This document shows, piece after piece, positions 53,807 through 61,400 of a stretch of DNA of 64,000 nucleotides. A program made the position numbers and the translations under genes. Under the pieces are notes generated by a model. That model was not told the origin of the DNA. It saw nothing but the letters and a program-made list of their open reading frames with translations, and did not search any database. The stretch spans positions 192,001 through 256,000 of the forward strand of contig CAWDVW010000002.1 of the NCBI GenBank assembly GCA_963805855.1, read 5' to 3'. Source of the DNA: Candidatus Dadabacteria bacterium. Lineage in GTDB: Bacteria; Desulfobacterota_D; UBA1144; Nemesobacterales; CSP1-2. Every line of letters starts with the position of its first letter. Position 1 is the stretch's first letter.

Positions 53807-54006
53807 TAAGCAAAATAACTCATTTATTCAGGCCTGACCCTCAGAATTTGTACAATTCAAATATCGGGTAGTGGGGGTACGCTGCGTTCCCTCCCCTTCT
53901 TTGTTTGCAATTTAAAGGATTTTCGTTGGTTTTGCGATTCCACTAGTATTAAAGTATAATTGTATCATAGCATTATATTCTACCTAAAGGAGAGATATAG
54001 ATATAT

Positions 54007-54246
54007 ATGAAAACAGTCAACGTTCGTATACCGGAAGAAAAAAGGGATACTCTCAAGATCATTGCCAGCTTAGAGAAAAGAGACATGAAAGATATTATCT
54101 CAGAACTTGTCGACCAATATATTGAAAGACACAAGGAAACTCTTGAGATTCTTTCGAATCCCGACTGGGTAGAGCTGATTAGAAAGGGAAAGAAAGAAAT
54201 CGATGAGGGTATTAAGGGTAAATCCCTTGAAGAACTGGAAGACTGA
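54007..54246 (+). CDS. Ribbon-helix-helix antitoxin
   Basis: AAGGAG SD, RHH-like 'MKTVNVRIPEEKRDTLK' and a C-terminal 'ETLEILSNP...GKSLEEL' typical of RelB-like antitoxins. Overlaps the toxin gene. Confidence 0.8.
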   Translation: MKTVNVRIPEEKRDTLKIIASLEKRDMKDIISELVDQYIERHKETLEILSNPDWVELIRKGKKEIDEGIKGKSLEELED

Positions 54247-54496
54247 AATAAAGCCGACTGCAGAAAAGAGCTACAGAAAGCTTGATAAAAAAACACGGGG
54301 TAGGATAAAAGAAGCTTTATTAAAATTGGAAAAAAGCGATAATCCTTTTCTGGAACAACAAGTCAGAGCGTTGACCGGCGAACTCAAGGGAGATTTTAGG
54401 CTTAGGGTTGGAGACTTAAGAATTTTATTTACGCCAGATAAGAAAAGAAAGGTAATCAGCATATATGCAATCATACACAGAGGAAAAGCATATTAG
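54227..54496 (+). CDS. RelE/ParE-family toxin
   Basis: 'LTGELKGDFRLRVGDLRILF...IIHRGKAY'. TTG start chosen inside the antitoxin 3' end. Confidence 0.88.
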   Translation: MKNWKTEIKPTAEKSYRKLDKKTRGRIKEALLKLEKSDNPFLEQQVRALTGELKGDFRLRVGDLRILFTPDKKRKVISIYAIIHRGKAY

Positions 54497-55037
54497 TATG
54501 ATTATTCTTAACATCCGCGATTGGGAACATCCCCCTTTGCCTGTCGTCCCCGAATGCTTTTTTCAGGGACCCATTATTTTGCTATCGTGAAGCGCAATAT
54601 CGGCTTGCCTATTCTGAGCCACCGTAAGGGCGAGCAAGCCCATGACTGTACCGGCGACCCGCCACCTTCAGTCATTCCAAAGCACGCCCAGTTAAAGTCA
54701 TACGGGGACAAGCATAATCGTGAATCCATGAATAAAAAGAGTTTCTTCTTCCCTTCGTTTTTCCTTCTATTCCTTATCACCCATTCGCCCTGAGTAGTGA
54801 GCTCGTCGAACTATCGAAGGGTGACAAATTCCAATAAACTGCCGGAAATCCCCTTACAAGTTGTCATTCCCGAGGACCGTAATCGGGAATCCACGTGGTT
54901 GGTGAAAGTAGCTCGACATGATTGTCCTGAGTTCTGCACTTTATGACGGATCGGAGACTCTAAGAGTGGGTAAATAAGCAACTGAAGAACGAGCCTGACC
55001 CGGCCCCAGCGGGGTCCAGTGTTTAGAGACGAAGTGT

Positions 55038-55310
55038 TCAAAGCCTTTTCACAATCTTCTCATACACTATCTTCCGGTGAATGATTCCTAAAATTTCGAC
55101 TTCATTTTTAACGATTTTGAATACGATTCTTATATCTCCGACACGTAGTTTCCAGTAGCCTTTTAACGAGCCTCTGAGGGGTTTCCCATATTTCTCAGGC
55201 TCATCGGCTAATCTGGTTTTTATAGCTTCGGCGATGATCTTTTTTTGCTTCTTGTCAAGAATCGCAATGTCGTCTTCTACCTGAGGATGGTAAACAATGG
55301 TATAGGGCAT
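55038..55310 (-). CDS. RelE/ParE-family toxin
   Basis: 'PEKYGKPLRGSLKGYWKLRVGDIRIVF...IIHRKIVY'. Confidence 0.9.
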   Translation of the reverse strand: MPYTIVYHPQVEDDIAILDKKQKKIIAEAIKTRLADEPEKYGKPLRGSLKGYWKLRVGDIRIVFKIVKNEVEILGIIHRKIVYEKIVKRL

Positions 55311-55565
55311 TTATTTTCCCTGTAAGTGGCCAGTCCGATCCTTCCATATTTCTTCATGCGTGAGAGCTTTCTCTCGTCTAAACGTTTTCTCTCGTTCTGA
55401 CGCAATTTCACCCAGAATCATGTCTTCATGAATTTCCAGTGCCTCGCGAAGGAGATCTCGTGCTTTCAGTGAAATAGATATACCCTCCTTTTTTGCAATC
55501 TTTTTAATTGCTTCATAAAGGGGTTTTTCTAACACAACATTTATACGAGGGTTTTTAGCAGGCAT
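55311..55565 (-). CDS. RHH-type antitoxin
   Basis: 'MPAKNPRINVVLE...SISLKARDLLREALEIHED...LTHEEIW', directly upstream of the toxin with an AAGGAG SD. Confidence 0.82.
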   Translation of the reverse strand: MPAKNPRINVVLEKPLYEAIKKIAKKEGISISLKARDLLREALEIHEDMILGEIASEREKTFRREKALTHEEIWKDRTGHLQGK

Positions 55566-55689
55566 TATTACTCCTTAAATTTAATTGTTTAATAAAGTGT
55601 ATCACAAGTGATGTACTCATTCAAAAAATCTCCCATAAAATGGGTTAGTTCCGAAACGGTCAATTCTGTAATATAATTAATACATTCCA

Positions 55690-55812
55690 ATGTGTGATCC
55701 AGTACTGATAGCCGCAATCCTCCGCCGTTTGTCATTCCCGAGGATTCCCCGATCAAGGATTTCGAGGACAAGCGTAATCGGGAATCCATTTTTTCGTTTA
55801 CCCAGTTCCTGA
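55690..55812 (+). pseudogene. Microprotein copy 2, truncated by REP insertion
   Basis: ATG TGT GAT CCA GTA CTG ATA GCC GCA ATC CTC (MCDPVLIAAIL) runs into a REP at 55731. The upstream 55651-55689 matches 58655-58693. Confidence 0.65.
55731..55787. repeat. 57-bp composite REP, identical to 57295-57351
   Basis: GTCATTCCCGAGGATTCCCCGATCAAGGATTTCGAGGACAAGCGTAATCGGGAATCC. A shorter 'empty' version lies at 54863-54892. Confidence 0.85.
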
Positions 55813-55846
55813 ATCTCAAGTTGTGTAATATAATAAATAAAAGCCC

Positions 55847-56078
55847 ATATGTGACCCAGTGCTAGTAGCGACAATCCTCAACCTACAGTCATTCCCGAGG
55901 ACTGTTGTCGGGAATCCATATCGTCATCGCGAAGGGAGAAGCCCTGTGGCGATCTCCCTATCTCTTGAAAAACTGGGATTTCTAAACGAGAGAGAAAGAA
56001 AAAGACAACAAAGGGGAAGTACATGCCGAGCAGCCTCAGCAAGATAATTCAAAAAACCGCGAGGAAGAAGAGATATAA
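55847..56078 (+). pseudogene. Microprotein copy 3, interrupted by REPs
   Basis: ATA start, CDPVLVATIL, a ~80-nt REP insert, then LEKLGFLNE... and a frameshifted tail KDNKGEVHAEQPQQDNSKNREEEEI-stop. Confidence 0.6.
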
Positions 56079-56196
56079 GGTAAAGTCACCGATATCACAA
56101 AAATGATCTACCTATTTATTTTCCAATCTTTGATCCCTCGAAGTTTCGCTTTTGATCCTGCATCCATGTATCATGCATCCGGTATCCTGACTAGCC

Positions 56197-56349
56197 GTGT
56201 ATAAGTTAATAATCGCAATTCTTCTTATGCTTATATCTATTAGCGGATGTTCAAAACGAGCGGACTACAAAAACTTCTATCATGAAGGAAGGAGTCTCAT
56301 TAGGCCAGGCCATGAATCGCCGGCAGAGTATGGGAGCAGCTATCGATAG
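56197..56349 (+). CDS. Small putative lipoprotein or truncated lipoprotein gene
   Basis: GTG start, MYKLIIAILLMLISISG-C lipobox, 50 aa. Confidence 0.4.
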   Translation: MYKLIIAILLMLISISGCSKRADYKNFYHEGRSLIRPGHESPAEYGSSYR

Positions 56350-56473
56350 TAATCTCTTCAAGGATGTTGCGGAGGTTACACCTATTATTTGCGTACTTGC
56401 CTTTCAATATCACTTATCATCAATGTTGCGCAAAGATGCTTCCCTTTAATTCCTGAAGATTTGCTCTACGCTC

Positions 56474-56502
56474 TTGAAGATCTATCATAATCTGGCTATA
56501 AT
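56474..56502 (+). promoter_or_regulatory. sigma70 promoter of the toxin-first TA operon
   Basis: TTGAAG-17 nt-TATAAT, ending 9 nt before the ATC that opens the toxin frame. Confidence 0.65.
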
Positions 56503-56511
56503 CTAGCCAGA

Positions 56512-56805
56512 ATCAAATACAAGATCATTTTTTCGCCGGAGGCCATTGAAGATTTTAAGCGATTATCAGCAAGAGATCGTGCTATCATGCGCGATGCCGT
56601 AGGACGACATCTAAGCCATGAACCCAATAAAACAAGTAGAAGTCGCATCAAGAGGTTGCAGGGAATCAGTCGTCCTCAATATCGGCTACTTGTCGGTGAA
56701 ATTCGAGTGTTTTATGATGTAGTAGAGGCGGCAGTAGAAATATTGGCGATTGTACCAAAATCAAAGGCCGCAGACTGGCTTGAAGGGTGGGGACAAGAAG
56801 AATGA
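56512..56805 (+). CDS. RelE/ParE-family toxin with a non-canonical or mutated start (ATC)
   Basis: In-frame upstream extension IKYKIIFSPEAIEDFKRLSARDRAI supplies the RelE beta1-alpha1 region missing from the listed 72-aa ORF; also 'YRLLVGEIRVFYDV'. Confidence 0.8.
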   Translation: MKYKIIFSPEAIEDFKRLSARDRAIMRDAVGRHLSHEPNKTSRSRIKRLQGISRPQYRLLVGEIRVFYDVVEAAVEILAIVPKSKAADWLEGWGQEE

Positions 56806-57047
56806 AGAAAGTACCATTGTCAGAAGTAAAGGATCAGCTCTCCGAATATTTGCACCTGGCCGAGGAAGAAGAGATTATAATAACTCGGCATGGAAAACCT
56901 GCCGGCATTTTGATAGGGTTTGCTTCAGAGGATGATTGGTTTGATTATCGATTGGAGCATGATCCGAGGTTTTTAACCCGAGTTGAAAGAGCAAGGAAAA
57001 GCTTGCGTGAGGGGAAAGGAGTGTATCTCAAAGATCTTCCTGAATGA
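56802..57047 (+). CDS. Phd/YefM-family antitoxin
   Basis: 'MKKVPLSEVKDQLSEYL...EIIITRHGKPAGILI', with an ATGA overlap onto the toxin stop. Confidence 0.9.
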   Translation: MKKVPLSEVKDQLSEYLHLAEEEEIIITRHGKPAGILIGFASEDDWFDYRLEHDPRFLTRVERARKSLREGKGVYLKDLPE

Positions 57048-57447
57048 TATGTCAAGGTAGCACCTGGGTACGCAAGTTATCGGGAATCCATATCGTCATC
57101 GTAATTCGATGTACCCGGGATAGACTCCACTGCGGCGATCTCAGTACTTTGTCATTTCGAATACTTCGGTCGAGCTCAGCACAGGTTCCATGAGAAATCT
57201 TTCCGTTAAAATCATTTCTGGAAAGAAGAACAACAAGAGACGAAACAAAATAGTCAAACAAGCAAAGCCTGACCGTGGACACACCCACCGGTCTGTCATT
57301 CCCGAGGATTCCCCGATCAAGGATTTCGAGGACAAGCGTAATCGGGAATCCAGTATCGTCATCGCGAAGGGCAAAGTCCTGTGGCGACCTCCCTATCTCT
57401 CGAAGAACTGGTATACCTCGGCGAAAAGAAAGAAAAGAGCAAGATCG

Positions 57448-57810
57448 TTAAGATTTTGATTTGCGAGGTGTTTGGCTGTCCTCTTTTTTACGACTTTGGA
57501 TGGAGGCAAGGCCTGCAAGCAGCACAGGGGGTCTGTTAGGAAATTCAGCAACGATAGACAGCTCCCCGCCTAATGAGTGAATATACTCGCGCAGGGTTGA
57601 CAACAGCACGTCCGAGCGTGATTCAAGGCGCGAGACATTGTCCTGGCTGATCCTAAGTTTAGTTGCAACTGCTTTTTGGGTGAGATGGAGCGCCTTGCGT
57701 AACTCACGCATTGTCATCTCTTCGGCAATCAATTCCGCTGCACGGGCTTGAATCTTATCCCGTCTCTTTTTGGTCAGCTTGCTCAGCTTTTCATCAAGAG
57801 TTTTGCCCAT
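57448..57810 (-). CDS. HigA-like XRE HTH antitoxin
   Basis: 'LRKALHLTQKAVATKLRISQDNVSRLESRSDVLLSTLREYIHSLGGEL'. Confidence 0.88.
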   Translation of the reverse strand: MGKTLDEKLSKLTKKRRDKIQARAAELIAEEMTMRELRKALHLTQKAVATKLRISQDNVSRLESRSDVLLSTLREYIHSLGGELSIVAEFPNRPPVLLAGLASIQSRKKEDSQTPRKSKS

Positions 57811-58193
57811 TATTTTTTCCCTTTCTTTTTCGTTTTTCTTGCCTTAAGCGCCACGAGATGGCTGTCAAAACGGCGGTCCGCCTTCTTTATGAGCCGTTCG
57901 TAAAATCGCTTCTCCCTCGTGCCGGATTTATCGCCAGCCATGAGAAGCACCGCTTTACGCTCGGGGTCAAAGGCAAAGACAACGCGCCACACCCCCTTAT
58001 CAGCCTTGAACCGCAGCTCCTTCATATTCGCATGCTTGGAGCCATAAAGCGTATCCACATGAGGCCGGCCCAGCTCCGGCCCGAAAGTCTCAAGTAGGGA
58101 AGCGTGCGCGTAAAGTTCATCCTGCACGGCTTCCGCCAGTTGATCGACCTCTGGCTCAAAATCGTCATGGAACGTGACAGTCCATTTCTTCAT
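57810..58193 (-). CDS. HigB-like (Gp49/RelE superfamily) toxin
   Basis: 'GPELGRPHVDTLYGSKHANMKELRF...WRVVFAFDPERKAVLLMAGDK', upstream of the HTH antitoxin. Confidence 0.9.
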   Translation of the reverse strand: MKKWTVTFHDDFEPEVDQLAEAVQDELYAHASLLETFGPELGRPHVDTLYGSKHANMKELRFKADKGVWRVVFAFDPERKAVLLMAGDKSGTREKRFYERLIKKADRRFDSHLVALKARKTKKKGKK

Positions 58194-58693
58194 TTATTAT
58201 GACCCTTTTCAATATGTTGTCAAGTACATATGTATTGAAAGGCATATGTCCTCGGAAAGTCGGACACGCTCTCACTCGCACGCTGGGTGATGCTCTCCGG
58301 AATGTCTGCAAATACACCTGTTCCAACCATGGGCATATACATAAAGTTTAGCACCATAAATACCCATAAAGGGTTGCCCTTCAATCAACTCTGTCATGTC
58401 GCTTACAATATATCTTTTATATAGTTTATTAATTCTATTTAGGGATCAATATACAGCAGGTAAAAGAAATAGCAGGGATAATGGCACAGCTTTGCAATGA
58501 GTGCGGTTTTAGAAGTAAAAAAGATAACTGTCTCAAGTGTGGAAGAAGGGTATAGGTTCAAGGTTGGGCGGTTCAATGTCTGCATCACCAAACCCCTCAG
58601 TTAAAAATGAGATATTAACGTCTGTGTCCCCTCTGGCTCAATTATTGGCCTGTCCCGAAACAGTCAATTCTGTAATATAATAAATACAATTAT

Positions 58694-58840
58694 ATGTGTG
58701 ACCCGGTACTAATAGCAGCAATCCTCGAGGAACTAGGCTACTTTGACGAAAAGAAAGAAAAGGTCAAGAAGGACGAAGTTCATGATGAGGGAAGTAGCAA
58801 TGACCCTTCAGAAAACAGCAAGGAAGGAGATCAGAAATAA
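58694..58840 (+). CDS. Unannotated 48-aa microprotein, intact copy (MCDPVLIAAILEELGYFDEKKEKVKKDEVHDEGSSNDPSENSKEGDQK)
   Basis: Paralog of 53672-53806 with TATAAT at 58676-58681 and the same flanking junction motifs. Confidence 0.72.
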   Translation: MCDPVLIAAILEELGYFDEKKEKVKKDEVHDEGSSNDPSENSKEGDQK

Positions 58841-58966
58841 CTCATTTATTCATGCCTGACCCCGGACACTTTATACTGAACAAAATAATCAAACAAACAA
58901 AGCCTGGCCGTGCACATATACTATCCAAAGGGTATAATAGCTTAGTAAATTAGTAGGGAGATAAAG

Positions 58967-59212
58967 ATGACGACGAAGGGCAAAAAGAAAGCAAGGAGAA
59001 AACATGTTGTTAGAGCTCATCAGGTGCAAGTTGTAGAGCTGACAAAGGCAGGTACATCACTGAGATTAGAAATTTACGCACATAAAGAGAAAATAGGCAC
59101 GCTTGAAATTGGACGAGGTTCATTGTATTGGACTGGAAGATCTCGTCAAAAGAGTAATCGAATTAACTGGAGTAAGTTTGCTGACTGGATGGATCGACTT
59201 GCATATGACTGA
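58967..59212 (+). CDS. Small basic hypothetical protein
   Basis: TATAAT and an AGGGAG SD upstream; 81 aa with a protein-like beta/alpha pattern. Confidence 0.7.
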   Translation: MTTKGKKKARRKHVVRAHQVQVVELTKAGTSLRLEIYAHKEKIGTLEIGRGSLYWTGRSRQKSNRINWSKFADWMDRLAYD

Positions 59213-59415
59213 TAGAACAACATCTTCGACCTTGCGTTTATCACGTTTAAGTGGCAGATTCCACCAAGTTCACTCCTTTCAAGTAGACCCACTTTCTCAA
59301 TTATTTTGTCTCTCTGCGTATTGCCAGATTCTTTATATATAGTATAAGATTTAGGACTGACCCCGGAGCTTTGTTAAAAAATTGGGATCAATTTAATATC
59401 AATAGAGGCAAGAAA

Positions 59416-59491
59416 ATAAAAAAGTTTGTATTGATTTCCTGCGCTAGCAAAAAATTCCCGCGTAAATCCAAGGCAAAGGATTTATACATAG
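59416..59491 (+). pseudogene. N-terminal remnant of a DUF6884-like gene
   Basis: 'KKFVLISCASKK...KAKDLYI' resembles the DUF6884 N-terminus. It has an ATA start and is cut off at the inverted-repeat element. Confidence 0.5.
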
Positions 59492-59594
59492 TAACTAGTG
59501 ACAGACACGAATTAATTTCAACCTTAATAATAATTACTAGACGTAATCAGTTGATGGTCCCCCACCTATAAAAATAAGTGTCTGTCACTAGTTA
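59492..59594. mobile_element. MITE-like 103-bp element with perfect 17-bp terminal inverted repeats
   Basis: TAACTAGTGACAGACAC (59492-59508) ... GTGTCTGTCACTAGTTA (59578-59594). Confidence 0.6.
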
Positions 59595-59788
59595 TTTATT
59601 TCTATGTTTAGTATCAACAAACGGACTGTCAAGCCAATCCGATTTTAGGGGAACTGCCCTTACTCCCTCTTGATGAGTCATTCGCAATATCTGCCTATAT
59701 CTTGCAATAAAATCTTCCAATTTTCTAAAGAATATTTCAGAAATCTGTATTACTGTTTTTATTATATTGAAATGATTATATTATAGAA

Positions 59789-60787
59789 ATGCTTGAAAAC
59801 AACTTGAAAGATATGGTCGCTAAAAGATATGGCAAGTTAACTGTAAAGCACCGAGTATTCCCTAATGATAAACAAGGGGCTGCACAATATCTCTGTAAGT
59901 GTGATTGTGGTAAAGAAAAAGTTGTCAGGGGATATGTGTTGCGTAAAGGAGACACCAAATCTTGCGGTTGCTTGCGAGGACAAAATGCCCTCAAATTAGC
60001 TGGAAAAAGGTTTGGAAAGTGGACAGTTATTGAACGTGTAGAAAATAACGATAGAGGAACTTCCAGATGGTTATGTGAATGTGAGTGTGGCCGTCGTAAG
60101 GAGGTATTGGGGAATAATTTGGTTCAAAATAGAAGCAAATCTTGTGGCTGCGTAACTGTGGAAAATACAATTCGACGCAATTTTAAACATGGTTTTAGAA
60201 AACGAGACGCGGAACATCCGCTCTACACAACTTGGCTAAATATGAGAGATAGATGCAATAATCCTAAAAATAGCCATTGGAAACATTATGGAGGCAGAGG
60301 GATTAAGATATGTGAAAGGTGGAATGATTTCACAAAATTTATTGAAGACATAGGAGAAAGACCCCGTGGAGCGACCCTCGACCGTATTGACAATGATGGT
60401 GATTACGAGCCTGGAAATATAAGATGGGCTTCACATAGAGAGCAAAGAGCAAACCAAAGTCTGGTTTTTCAAGAGATGTATATTTATAGCATGAATACTA
60501 GTCTTGGGAAATCTGGGGGGAAGGGCAGATATGGGAAGGCTAGGTCTAAAGCTTATAACACTTGGAGTGGAGTGGTTCAAAGATGTACCAATCCAAAAGA
60601 AACTGCCTATGAATATTACGGAGGCAGAGGTATAAAGGTTGACAAATCTTGGAGAGAAAGCTTTTTAAAGTTTTATAAAGATATGGGTGACCCGCTCCCA
60701 GGATATGAATTACATCGTTTAGACCACGACGGAAATTATGAACCTGGCAATTGCGTGTGGGCAAAAAAAACTAGAAGGAAATTGTAA
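59789..60787 (+). CDS. Phage-type HNH/homing endonuclease-like protein with duplicated modules
   Basis: Two 'KRxGKxTV...LCxCxCG...KSCGC' modules and two 'Y.TW....RC.NP......YGGRGIK...D.DG.YEPGN..WA' modules. Confidence 0.8.
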   Translation: MLENNLKDMVAKRYGKLTVKHRVFPNDKQGAAQYLCKCDCGKEKVVRGYVLRKGDTKSCGCLRGQNALKLAGKRFGKWTVIERVENNDRGTSRWLCECECGRRKEVLGNNLVQNRSKSCGCVTVENTIRRNFKHGFRKRDAEHPLYTTWLNMRDRCNNPKNSHWKHYGGRGIKICERWNDFTKFIEDIGERPRGATLDRIDNDGDYEPGNIRWASHREQRANQSLVFQEMYIYSMNTSLGKSGGKGRYGKARSKAYNTWSGVVQRCTNPKETAYEYYGGRGIKVDKSWRESFLKFYKDMGDPLPGYELHRLDHDGNYEPGNCVWAKKTRRKL

Positions 60788-60833
60788 TGGTCGGAATGGA
60801 CTCGGAACAAATGATGTCAGTAGAAGAGGAGAC

Positions 60834-61178
60834 ATGAGAATGAGTATTATCTCAGACGCAAAAGAAATTGTGAAACTTGTGAGAAAGTTGGACGACGTCG
60901 AATTATACAGAAAAATTCTAAAACTGGAAGAAGAAATTATTGAGATTACTCGAAAAAACAACGACCTACAGCAGAAAATAGACGAACTTAAGAAAATTAT
61001 CGAAACAGAAACAAGCCTAGAATTTCGTCCGCCTTTTTATTACAGAGCGGGTGATGATATACCATTATGCCCTAAGTGCTGGGAAGTCGATAAGAAAATT
61101 ATTCACCTTGTTAATGTGAGAACTGCCTTTAATCCGTTGAGGTGTCAGTCATGCAGGTCTCGATACCCTCTAAGGTAA
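60834..61178 (+). CDS. Coiled-coil plus zinc-ribbon hypothetical protein
   Basis: AGAGGAG SD, heptad region, 'CPKCWE' and 'CQSC'. Confidence 0.72.
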   Translation: MRMSIISDAKEIVKLVRKLDDVELYRKILKLEEEIIEITRKNNDLQQKIDELKKIIETETSLEFRPPFYYRAGDDIPLCPKCWEVDKKIIHLVNVRTAFNPLRCQSCRSRYPLR

Positions 61179-61400
61179 TTCATAGTCTAGCAAAGGAGAA
61201 ATCATATATTCGCTCAAGGAAGTTAATTAAAGAGAATATGGCGTTTAACTCAGTGCGGAAGAAAACATAAAGGTAAAGGGTATTGCTCCATACATTATCG
61301 AAGAGCCTCAAAATATGGAAACCCTTATGAGATAAGAATGAAAAGTTCCGCGAGACGCTTCAGTATGGACGGTTTTTGTCCATACCACTAGGTAATTTTA

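Noticed and set aside
54500-57460. ORFs such as 54521-54793, 54811-55041, 55589-55819, 57052-57288, 57141-57374 and 57190-57459
   Set aside because: They are translations of REP clusters (e.g. the repeated 'DSRLRLSSKSLIGESSGMT'), not genes.
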